A stretch of DNA of 64,000 nucleotides from the NCBI GenBank assembly GCA_050954665.1, contig JBPBPC010000044.1, positions 18,402-82,401 of the forward strand, given 5' to 3'. The notes below the pieces were generated by a model. The model made no database searches. It saw nothing but the letters and a program-made list of their open reading frames with translations, and was not told the origin of the DNA. This stretch comes from Janthinobacterium lividum (GTDB lineage Bacteria > Bacteroidota > Bacteroidia > Cytophagales > Hymenobacteraceae). The translations under genes and the position numbers were made by a program. Positions 27,278-35,510 of the stretch are shown here, one piece after another. Every line of letters starts with the position of its first letter. Position 1 is the first letter of the stretch.

Positions 27278-28378
27278 TTACTTCACTTGCACGACGGTGT
27301 TCACACTCATGCCAGCGCGCAGGGGGTGCTGGGGGTCTTCTTTGTCGAGCACAATTTTGACGGGCACGCGCTGGGTAACCTTAACGAAGTTACCGCTGGC
27401 GTTGTCGGGGGGCAGCAGGGCGAAGCGGGCCCCCGTAGCGGCCGATAGCGACTCGATGTGGCCATCAAACTCTTCGCTGGGGTAAGCATCCACTTCCAGC
27501 TTGGCCTTCTGGCCAACCTTCATGTCCTCGAGTTGGGTTTCTTTGAAGTTGGCAATTACCCAGGTTTTGCCGCTTGATACCAAACCCAACAGCTGCTGGC
27601 CGGGGCCCACTACCTGGCCAGGCTGCACGCTTTTTCTGCTCACGACGCCGTTGGCGGGCGCTACGAGCGACGTGTAGCTGAACTGGAGCTTGGCATTGTC
27701 AAGGTCCGACTGGCGCTGCTTCACCACGGCCTGCGCCACGGCGATTTGCTGCTGGGCCGCCACTACCTGCTGGCGCGCCACACTCACTTGGTCCTGGGCG
27801 GTGCTTTGCTGGGCGGTGGTGGCTTTCAGGTTAGCCTGCACGGCGTCGTAGTCGCTCTGCGGGATGATGTCGTCTTTGCGGAGCTTCACGCTTCGCGCCA
27901 AGTCTTGCTGCAGGCGCGACCGGTTGGCTGCGCTCACGCCGATGGTGGTTTGGGCGGTGCGCACGTTGGCCTGGGCCGTACCTACTCCGGCGCGGGCGGC
28001 CACTACCTGGGCCTGGGCCGCAACGAGGGCCGCCTCCATGGCGTTCACGCGCTGCTGGTAGTCTGATTTGTCAATGGTTACGAGCGTATCGCCCTTTTTC
28101 ACCACTTGGTTGTCGTCAACGTACACCTTAATTACCGGGCCCGCCACGCGGGGAATAATGGGGTACACGTCGCCTTCTACCGCGGCGTCGTCGGTGCTTT
28201 CGTGGGCCTTGGCAAACTGGTAGCGCGTCCAGCCATAAAAGCCGGCGGCCAGCAGCACCACGGCCAGCACCACAAACACGAGGGGGTTGCGGCGCTTGGG
28301 CGCTTCGAGGGGCTCGGCACCGGCCGCGGGCGACGCGTCGTGCGCTAAAGTATCTTGGGGAGCAGTGGAGGTAGCCAT
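27278..28378 (-). CDS. HlyD-family membrane-fusion (periplasmic adaptor) protein, EmrA-like
   Basis: 366 aa with an N-terminal TM, a lipoyl/hairpin coiled-coil (AALVAAQAQVVAARAG.. QQQIAVAQAVV), and a beta-barrel C-terminus. Confidence 0.9.
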   Translation of the reverse strand: MATSTAPQDTLAHDASPAAGAEPLEAPKRRNPLVFVVLAVVLLAAGFYGWTRYQFAKAHESTDDAAVEGDVYPIIPRVAGPVIKVYVDDNQVVKKGDTLVTIDKSDYQQRVNAMEAALVAAQAQVVAARAGVGTAQANVRTAQTTIGVSAANRSRLQQDLARSVKLRKDDIIPQSDYDAVQANLKATTAQQSTAQDQVSVARQQVVAAQQQIAVAQAVVKQRQSDLDNAKLQFSYTSLVAPANGVVSRKSVQPGQVVGPGQQLLGLVSSGKTWVIANFKETQLEDMKVGQKAKLEVDAYPSEEFDGHIESLSAATGARFALLPPDNASGNFVKVTQRVPVKIVLDKEDPQHPLRAGMSVNTVVQVK

Positions 28379-28441
28379 TGTAGTATAAACGTTAAACGGT
28401 GCGGAAAAGGCTGGGGGAGAAAATTTTGATGGGGCCCGGAA

Positions 28442-28840
28442 CTACGCAGCGGGGGCTCGCACCAGCAGCGTGGGGCAGGGCGCGGTGCGCAGGACTACCT
28501 CGGCGGTGTTGCCCATCAAGAAGCGGGTGAGGCCCGTTTGGCCGTGGGCCCCAATAACAATTAAGTCGGCGTGGCGGCGGCCAGCTTCGGCCACTATTTC
28601 GGGGGCGGCTTCGCCTTGCACCGTACCCGTGCTCACGTGGGCGGCCCCGGCTTGCTCGGCAGCCAAGCGCAAGCTGGCCAAGCGGTCGGCCCCGGCGGGG
28701 GCCTCAGCGTCCTGCGGCTCGCGCACGTGCAGCAGGCGCAGCTCGGCCCCGGTAGAGGCGGCCAGGGCAGCCGCGTAGGCCACCAGCCCCGGCGTGGCGG
28801 CCGAAAAGTCAAGCGGGCAGAGGATGGAGGTGAGGATCAT
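28442..28840 (-). CDS. Universal stress protein (UspA family)
   Basis: The track ORF 28442..29161 is trimmed to ATG 28840 (MILTSILCPLDFS..). Usp hallmark: DLIVIGAHGQTGLTRFLMGNTAEVVLRTAPCPTLLV. The upstream part of the track ORF overlaps TolC in another frame and is Pro/Thr/Ala junk. Confidence 0.8.
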   Translation of the reverse strand: MILTSILCPLDFSAATPGLVAYAAALAASTGAELRLLHVREPQDAEAPAGADRLASLRLAAEQAGAAHVSTGTVQGEAAPEIVAEAGRRHADLIVIGAHGQTGLTRFLMGNTAEVVLRTAPCPTLLVRAPAA

Positions 28841-28856
28841 GGGGAGGGGCTGCTGG

Positions 28857-30233
28857 CTATTGCCAGATTTGCTCGCCGGTGGCGCGGCGCAGCTGGTACT
28901 GGCCGAGGGTGTAGTTGTACATGGCCTGGGCGCGGGCCAAGCGTGACTGCGCCAGCTGGGTTTCGGCGTCGAGCACGTCGAGGTTTTGGCCCACGCCGTA
29001 GCGGTAGCGGCCCTTGGCGCGGGTGAGGGCATCGGTGGCCTGGGCCACTTGCTGCACGGCGTTGTCGTAGCGGGCTTGGCTGAACTCCATGTTGTTGGCC
29101 GCTTGGCGCACGTCGGACCGGATTTGCTCCTGGGTGTCGGCGGTGCGGGCCACGGCGCCACGGTAGTTGGCGAGGGCTTCTACCCGCTGCTTGCGGTTTT
29201 TGCCCCCGTCGTAGATGGGCACCGACAGCTGGGCCACGCCCACCGTGTTGAAGCGGATGTCGGTGATGGCCACGTTCGGCAGAATGTAGCCGTTTTTGCC
29301 CCCTACTTGGGCCCCCACGCCCAGGCTGGGCATGTTGCTGTGCTCAAGCAGCTTGGATTGCAGCTCGGCCGTGGCTTCGGCGTCTTTCGAGAGCTTCACC
29401 TCGGGGCGGTTTTGGGCGGCTTTGGCCAGCTCGGCTTCCAGGTCCACGGGCTGCGGGTCATACTCCAGGCGGCCCTTCACCGGCACGTCGGCTTGCTGGG
29501 GCTTGTGCAGCAGGCGAGCCAACTGCACCTGCTGGTTGCGGAGTTGGTTTTGGAGGTCGAGCTTCGTGTTTTGGGCTTGCGTGATGCGCACGTCGGTGGT
29601 CGTTACGTCAAACTTGGTGCTCACGCCGGCTTCCACCCGCTTCTGCATCTCGTTGCGGTGGGCCACCAGCGAGGCAATTTGCTCGTCCTGCACCCGGATG
29701 CTTTCGCGGGCAAACAAGATGTTGTAGTACACCTGGGCCGCGTTAAATGACAGGTCGCGCCGGGCCACTACAATGTTGTCCTGCGCCGTTTGCACCTGCG
29801 AGCGCGACAAGTTGGTGGTAGCGCTGCGTTTGCCAAAGTCGTAGATTTCGTACTGCGCCGTTAAGTGCGCGTCGAAATTATTGTTGGGCACAAATGATAA
29901 GACATCATTTCCAAATGCCACCTTCGACACTGGATCGAGGCGCGTATAAGTAGCCGTGCCGGTTATCTGCGGCAAAAAGCCGGCCTGCGATTGGCTCAAG
30001 CGGCTGCCAGCGGCGTTGGCCAACTCAGTTAAGTTGGCGATGCCGGGGTTGGCGTCCAGCACGGCCTGCACGGTGCCGCCCAGCGTAAGCGAGTCGCTGA
30101 CCAAGCCAATGGCTTGCGACGCAGCGGGTAAACCGGGTTGGTTCTGCGCCAGCACCGGGCCAGCCAGCAGCAAAGCAGCCCCCAGCAGCAGCGGCGACCG
30201 AACCAGCCCAGCGGGTTGAAATCGTGGAAACAT
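28857..30233 (-). CDS. TolC-family outer-membrane efflux channel
   Basis: Trimmed to ATG 30233 (signal MFPRFQPAGLVRSPLLLGAALLLAGPVLAQ). It has the two-repeat TolC architecture with coiled-coil segments. Confidence 0.85.
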   Translation of the reverse strand: MFPRFQPAGLVRSPLLLGAALLLAGPVLAQNQPGLPAASQAIGLVSDSLTLGGTVQAVLDANPGIANLTELANAAGSRLSQSQAGFLPQITGTATYTRLDPVSKVAFGNDVLSFVPNNNFDAHLTAQYEIYDFGKRSATTNLSRSQVQTAQDNIVVARRDLSFNAAQVYYNILFARESIRVQDEQIASLVAHRNEMQKRVEAGVSTKFDVTTTDVRITQAQNTKLDLQNQLRNQQVQLARLLHKPQQADVPVKGRLEYDPQPVDLEAELAKAAQNRPEVKLSKDAEATAELQSKLLEHSNMPSLGVGAQVGGKNGYILPNVAITDIRFNTVGVAQLSVPIYDGGKNRKQRVEALANYRGAVARTADTQEQIRSDVRQAANNMEFSQARYDNAVQQVAQATDALTRAKGRYRYGVGQNLDVLDAETQLAQSRLARAQAMYNYTLGQYQLRRATGEQIWQ

Positions 30234-30267
30234 ATAACGAAAGCGATAAGGTGTTGCCGCCGCTTTA

Positions 30268-30283
30268 GCCAAGCCTGTGCCAC
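30268..30283 (-). promoter_or_regulatory. Candidate sigma-54 (-24/-12) promoter of the TolC-Usp-HlyD-MFS operon
   Basis: The minus strand reads TGGCACAGGCTTGGCT, against the consensus TGGCACG-N4-TTGCW. GG and GC have the correct spacing and there is one mismatch in the -12 box. It lies 33 nt upstream of the TolC ATG. A sigma-54 activator is encoded divergently. Confidence 0.6.
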
Positions 30284-30402
30284 ACCAAAACTTAGCTATA
30301 TAACTAGTGCTTCATAAGACTAAAAATGGCTAATAGGCCCTGATAAGGCCGTTTTTTAATTAAAATGGGCCCGAATTAAAACATCGAAGCCCCACAACCG
30401 TG

Positions 30403-30420
30403 TTCCTGATATAACAGGAA
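30403..30420. promoter_or_regulatory. 18-bp dyad, candidate enhancer (UAS) site 1
   Basis: TTCCTG-ATATAA-CAGGAA is a perfect dyad, about 130 bp upstream of the candidate -24 element. Confidence 0.45.
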
Positions 30421-30434
30421 TTGCTTACATCACG

Positions 30435-30452
30435 GTCCTGTCATATCAGGAA
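30435..30452. promoter_or_regulatory. 18-bp dyad, candidate enhancer (UAS) site 2
   Basis: GTCCTG-TCATAT-CAGGAA has the same half-sites. It is 32 bp centre-to-centre from site 1. Its last base is the A of the activator's own ATG (30452). Confidence 0.45.
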
Positions 30453-32569
30453 TGACCAGCCCCGACGAAACACTGCTGCTGCACCTCAACGAAGCCATCG
30501 CTACCACCCGCGACAAGGAAACGCTGTTCAAGCTGGTGACGACCAAGCTGCGTCTCATTTTTCCGTTCGACATCATCGGCATCAGCGTATTCGACGCTGC
30601 CGTGCAGAACAAGCGGCTGTTTTGGCGCGACTACTTCCACGCCGAAGAGTTGGGCCCCGGCCTGCCCGCGCCGCCCGCCTACTTCACGCCCATTGTGGGC
30701 TCGCCCTTCGAGTCGGTGCTGATGAGCGCGCACATGCAGCGCATCGAGTTGGCAGATTACCGGCTGAAGTACCCTGGTTTTGAGCCGTTCCAACGCATGT
30801 GGGCGCAGGGCATTCGCTACCTCACGTCGGTGCCGCTGCGGCTGGGGGGGCGCCTCACGGGGGCCCTCACGCTGGCCGCCCGCCGCAAGCCCGCCCTGGC
30901 GGCGGCCGACGAAAACCTGCTGGAAAAAATTGGCTCGCTGATCGCCGTGGCCGTGGCCAACACGCTGGCGTTTGAGGACGTGGCCCGCCGCGAACAGGAA
31001 CGCAGCTTGCAGCTCAACATCAGCAACGCTTTGCTTAGTATTAAGCAGCGCGAGCCGCTGTTTCGGGCCGTGGCCGAGGAACTGGGCCGCGTGGTGCCGT
31101 TCGAGTATTTCGGCATCCAGGTGCAGCGGGCGGGGAAGCACGACGCGTTCGAGGGCTTCGCCGAATTCCGGCGCAAAGCCATGAATGCGCCGTTTGAAAC
31201 GCTGGCGCTCGACCGCCACCAGGGCAAAGAATACCCCGACCCCATTTTCTTGTACACGCAGCTCGACCAGTTGGCGCAGGGCGGCAACCTGTACGTGGGC
31301 GATGATTTTAAGGCCCTGGCCGTGCGCCACCCGGCCATGCGCCACGTGTACGAGGCGTACGGCGTGCGGGCGCTGCTCGTCGTGCCGCTGTGGCAGCGCC
31401 CCGACGGGGCGGCCGTGCTCACCCTGGCCAGCTCCGACCCCCACGCCTTCAGCGCCGAAAATTTGGCTACCGTGGAGGGCCTGGTGCCCCAGGTGGCCCT
31501 GGCGCTCGACAACCTCTTCGCCTTCGAGCAAATTGAGGCCCTGAAAGCCCAAGTGGAGCAGGAGCGCACGTACCTGATCGACGAAATCAACACCACGGCC
31601 ACGTTTGACGAGCTGATTGGGCCCAGTGAGGCCCTGCATACGGTGCAGGTGCGCATTGCCCAGGTGGCCCCCACCGACACTACCGTGCTGGTGAGCGGCG
31701 AAACCGGCACCGGCAAGGAACTGGTGGCCCGGGCCCTGCACAACGCCTCGCCGCGCCGCAGCCGCGCGCTCATCAAGCTCAACTGCGCTGCCCTGCCGGC
31801 CCAGCTCATTGAAAGCGAGCTATTTGGGCACGAAAAAGGCGCCTTTACCGGAGCTGCCGAGCGGCGCATCGGTAAGTTTGAGCTGGCCGATGGGGGCACC
31901 ATTTTTCTGGACGAAATCGGGGAGCTGCCGCTCGACTTGCAGGCCAAGCTGCTGCGCGTGCTGCAAGAGAAAGAGTTTGAGCGCCTGGGCGGCAGCCGCG
32001 TGCTCACCACCGACGCCCGCGTGGTGGCCGCTACCAACCGCGTGCTGGCCGACGAGGTGGCTGCCGGCCGCTTCCGTGCCGATCTTTATTACCGCCTCAA
32101 CGTGTTTCCCATCACGCTGCCGCCCCTGCGCACCCGCCCCGAAGACGTGGGGCCCCTGCTCCGCCATTCGGTGCAGCGCCTGAGCCAGCGCCTGGCCAAG
32201 CCCCTGCGCCCCATCCGCCCCGCCGACTTGGCCGCCCTGCAAGCCTACGCCTGGCCCGGCAACGTGCGCGAGCTGGAACACTTGGTCGAGCGCGCCCTCA
32301 TCGTCAGCCAGGGGCCCTACCTGGAATTTGCCGGCCTGCCAGCCGCCGGGGCCCCCACGGCCTTGCCAGCGGCCGACGAGGCCCCGGCCAACCGCCCGCT
32401 GAAAACCCTGCGCGAGCAGGAGCGCGACCATATTCTGGCTGCGCTGGGCCGCACCAGCGGCCGGGTGAGCGGGCCCCTGGGCGCGGCCCTGCTGCTCGAC
32501 ATCAACCCCAAAACCCTGGAGGCTCGCATGAAAAAGCTGGGCATCCGGCGCACCGTGGCCGCGGAGTAG
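30452..32569 (+). CDS. Sigma-54-dependent transcriptional activator (GAF-GAF-AAA+-Fis HTH)
   Basis: 705 aa. Two GAF-like N-terminal modules, Walker A GETGTGKE, the sigma-54 contact loop GHEKGAFTGA, and a C-terminal Fis-type HTH (LLDINPKTLEARMKKLGI). Confidence 0.9.
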   Translation: MTSPDETLLLHLNEAIATTRDKETLFKLVTTKLRLIFPFDIIGISVFDAAVQNKRLFWRDYFHAEELGPGLPAPPAYFTPIVGSPFESVLMSAHMQRIELADYRLKYPGFEPFQRMWAQGIRYLTSVPLRLGGRLTGALTLAARRKPALAAADENLLEKIGSLIAVAVANTLAFEDVARREQERSLQLNISNALLSIKQREPLFRAVAEELGRVVPFEYFGIQVQRAGKHDAFEGFAEFRRKAMNAPFETLALDRHQGKEYPDPIFLYTQLDQLAQGGNLYVGDDFKALAVRHPAMRHVYEAYGVRALLVVPLWQRPDGAAVLTLASSDPHAFSAENLATVEGLVPQVALALDNLFAFEQIEALKAQVEQERTYLIDEINTTATFDELIGPSEALHTVQVRIAQVAPTDTTVLVSGETGTGKELVARALHNASPRRSRALIKLNCAALPAQLIESELFGHEKGAFTGAAERRIGKFELADGGTIFLDEIGELPLDLQAKLLRVLQEKEFERLGGSRVLTTDARVVAATNRVLADEVAAGRFRADLYYRLNVFPITLPPLRTRPEDVGPLLRHSVQRLSQRLAKPLRPIRPADLAALQAYAWPGNVRELEHLVERALIVSQGPYLEFAGLPAAGAPTALPAADEAPANRPLKTLREQERDHILAALGRTSGRVSGPLGAALLLDINPKTLEARMKKLGIRRTVAAE

Positions 32570-32638
32570 GGGCCCCAACTGCAACCCTGCGCCGCTATGT
32601 AGGGTAACGGGAAGCCGCTACTCCAACTTATTCCCGTT

Positions 32639-33832
32639 ATGTTTCTACTTCGCCCCGCCTTCGCCGCCGCGTTGCTCACCACGTTCGGCGCCGCGGCCCA
32701 GAACGTGCCGCCCGCCGCCACGCCCTTCCACATGACGGGCAACATCTACCTGCCCAACAAGCTGCCCGCCACCGACGCCCGCGTGGGGGCCCTGAAAGCG
32801 CCCGCCGGCTTCACCGTCACCAAGTACGCCGAGGGCCTCGACATGCCCCGGATGCTGGCCCAGGCCCCCAACGGCGACCTCTACGTGACCAACCGCGTGA
32901 AGGGCACCGTGACGCTGGTGCGCGACGCCAACCACGACGGCAAGGCCGAGGTGATGCGCCAGGTGGCCCAGAAGCCGCACTTGCACGGCCTGGCGCTGAA
33001 AGGCAACAAGATGTACTTCACCGCCATCCGCGAGATTTACGTGGCCGACGTGCAGGCCGACGGTAGCCTCGGCGAGTTGAAGGAGTTGTACCACGACTTG
33101 CCCGACGCCGGCCAGCACGCCAACCGCGTGCTGCACTTCGGGCCCGACGGCAACCTGTACCTTTCGGTGGGCAGCACCTGCAACGCCTGCGACGAGGACA
33201 ACCCCGAAAACGCCACCATCATGCGCCTCAACACCGACGGTTCGGGCCGCGAGGTGGTGGCCCACGGCCTGCGCAACACCATCGGCTTCGACTGGCACCC
33301 CGTTACGAAGGAGCTGTTCGGCATGGACCACGGCATCGACTGGCTCGGCGACGAGGACCAGCAGGAAGAGCTGAACCAGATCAAGCCCGGCGCCAACTAC
33401 GGCTGGCCGTCCATCATCGCCGACGGCAAGCACTACCCCGCCAACAAGCCCAAAGGCGGCGAAAGCTTCGAGGCGTTCGACGCCAAAACTGTGCACCCGC
33501 TGCTCCTCTACAAAGCGCATTCAGCCCCGCTGGGTCTGGTGTTCAACCGGGGCCCCCAGTTCCCGAAGGAATACCAGAACGACGCTTTCGTGACCATGCA
33601 CGGCTCCTGGAACCGTGCCCAGCCGTCGGGCTACAAAATCGTGCGCGTGCACTTTAACGCCCAGGGCCAGCCCGAGAAATTTGAGGATTTCGTGACCGGT
33701 TTCCTGGTCGAAGGCGACAAGTCGGAGTTCGGCCGGCCCTGCGGATTGGTGCAGGCCAACGACGGCGCGCTGTTGGTGAGCGACGACGACAACGGCGTGA
33801 TTTACCGCGTGGCCTACGCCGGCAAGAAATAG
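32639..33832 (+). CDS. PQQ-dependent sugar (glucose/sorbosone) dehydrogenase family protein
   Basis: 397 aa with a signal peptide. Beta-propeller blocks: HGLRNTIGFDWHP, NYGWP, DDDNGVIYRV. Confidence 0.8.
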   Translation: MFLLRPAFAAALLTTFGAAAQNVPPAATPFHMTGNIYLPNKLPATDARVGALKAPAGFTVTKYAEGLDMPRMLAQAPNGDLYVTNRVKGTVTLVRDANHDGKAEVMRQVAQKPHLHGLALKGNKMYFTAIREIYVADVQADGSLGELKELYHDLPDAGQHANRVLHFGPDGNLYLSVGSTCNACDEDNPENATIMRLNTDGSGREVVAHGLRNTIGFDWHPVTKELFGMDHGIDWLGDEDQQEELNQIKPGANYGWPSIIADGKHYPANKPKGGESFEAFDAKTVHPLLLYKAHSAPLGLVFNRGPQFPKEYQNDAFVTMHGSWNRAQPSGYKIVRVHFNAQGQPEKFEDFVTGFLVEGDKSEFGRPCGLVQANDGALLVSDDDNGVIYRVAYAGKK

Positions 33833-33891
33833 GACCTCGGGCAACTTTTCCGGCGTTTTGCGCCTTATCCTTGCTGAATTAATCAGCAAGA

Positions 33892-35289
33892 ATGGCCAAA
33901 GCAAGAACCGTTTTTTTCTGCCAAAGCTGCGGCGCGCAGTCGGCCAAATGGATTGGCCGCTGCCCGGCCTGCGGCGAGTGGAATACCTACGTTGAGGAAG
34001 TCGTCCAGAAGGAAACCGTGGCCACCACCACGGGCCAGTGGAAGCCCGCCAGCACCGTGCCCGGCGGCAGCCTCACCAAAACCGCCAAGTCGGTGCCGCT
34101 CGGCGACATCATCGCCGAAGACGAGCCCCGCATCCTCACCCCTGACAACGAACTGAACCGCGTGCTCGGCGGGGGCCTGGTGCCGGGCTCCATCGTGCTC
34201 ATCGGCGGCGAACCGGGCATCGGCAAAAGCACGCTCATGCTCCAGATTGCGCTGGGCCTGCGGCAGTTGCGCGTGCTGTACGTGAGCGGCGAAGAAAGCG
34301 AAGCCCAGATAAAAATGCGCGCCGAGCGCCTGGCCGATGGCCAGCACCCGGGCTGCTACATCCTCACCGAAACCAACACCCAGAACATCTTCCGGCAGAT
34401 CGACCAGGTAAAGCCCAATCTGGTCGTCATCGACTCCATCCAGACCATGCACTCCACGCTGGTCGAAAGCGGGGCTGGCAGCGTGAGCCAAGTGCGCGAG
34501 TGCACCGCTGAGCTGCTGAAGTATGCCAAGGAAACAAGCGTGCCGGTGCTGCTCATCGGCCACATCACGAAGGACGGCAGCATCGCGGGCCCCAAGATAC
34601 TGGAGCACATGGTGGACACCGTGTTGCAGTTCGAAGGCGACCGGCACTTGACCTACCGCATCTTGCGCACCACCAAAAACCGTTTCGGCAGTACCTCAGA
34701 GCTAGGAATTTACGAAATGCAGGGCGACGGCCTGCGCCAGGTCAGCAACCCGTCGGAAATTCTGCTTTCGCAGCGCGGCGAGAGCCTGAGCGGCATGGCC
34801 ATCGGCGCTACGCTAGAAGGCAACCGCCCGCTGTTAGTGGAGGTGCAGGCCCTGGTGACGCCCGCCACCTACGGCACGCCCCAGCGCAGCAGCACCGGCT
34901 TCGACGCCAAGCGCCTGCAAATGCTGTTGGCCGTGCTGGAAAAGCGCAGCGGCCTGCGCCTGGGTCAGCACGACGTGTTCCTGAACATTGCCGGAGGCCT
35001 GCGCCTCGACGACCCGGCCCTCGACGCGGCGGTGTGCGCGGCGGTGGTGTCGTCGTTGCACGACGTGCCCATCGCCGGCGACATCTGTCTGGCCGCCGAG
35101 GTGGGCCTGAGCGGCGAAATCCGGGCCGTGAGCCGCCTTGACCAGCGCTTGGCCGAGGCCGAAAAGCTGGGCTTTCGCGAAATGTATGTGTCGCAGTTCA
35201 ACGGCAAGAACTTGGGGGCCCTGCGCCCGGGCTTACGGGTGCGCCCGGTGGGCCGGCTCGATGAGGTACTCGACGGTTTGTTTGGCTAG
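33892..35289 (+). CDS. radA: DNA repair protein RadA/Sms
   Basis: N-terminal zinc finger CQSCGAQSAKWIGRCPACGEWN, Walker A GGEPGIGKST, KNRFG motif, Lon-like C-terminus. Confidence 0.95.
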   Translation: MAKARTVFFCQSCGAQSAKWIGRCPACGEWNTYVEEVVQKETVATTTGQWKPASTVPGGSLTKTAKSVPLGDIIAEDEPRILTPDNELNRVLGGGLVPGSIVLIGGEPGIGKSTLMLQIALGLRQLRVLYVSGEESEAQIKMRAERLADGQHPGCYILTETNTQNIFRQIDQVKPNLVVIDSIQTMHSTLVESGAGSVSQVRECTAELLKYAKETSVPVLLIGHITKDGSIAGPKILEHMVDTVLQFEGDRHLTYRILRTTKNRFGSTSELGIYEMQGDGLRQVSNPSEILLSQRGESLSGMAIGATLEGNRPLLVEVQALVTPATYGTPQRSSTGFDAKRLQMLLAVLEKRSGLRLGQHDVFLNIAGGLRLDDPALDAAVCAAVVSSLHDVPIAGDICLAAEVGLSGEIRAVSRLDQRLAEAEKLGFREMYVSQFNGKNLGALRPGLRVRPVGRLDEVLDGLFG

Positions 35290-35510
35290 CCGGGACTAGG
35301 CCACCGGCTGAAACTGCATAGGACTATAACGAAAAGACGACTAGGCAAGTACAGAACTAAGAAAAAACGAACCAGCGCGGGAAATTGTATTTTATGTAAC
35401 AGGGGCCCGTATCTTCGGTTTGTGAATAGGGTTTTCCCAGGAAATAGACACTTAGTCGCACCGGCTTGTTTCCTGCAAATGCTCCATTAGGTTTGCTTGT
35501 TATCTTGGCT

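Noticed and set aside
28841-29161. N-terminal 107-codon extension of the Usp ORF (track ORF 28442-29161).
   Set aside because: The extension is Pro/Thr/Ala/Ser junk that overlaps the 3' end of the TolC gene in another frame. A clean Usp N-terminus starts at ATG 28840.
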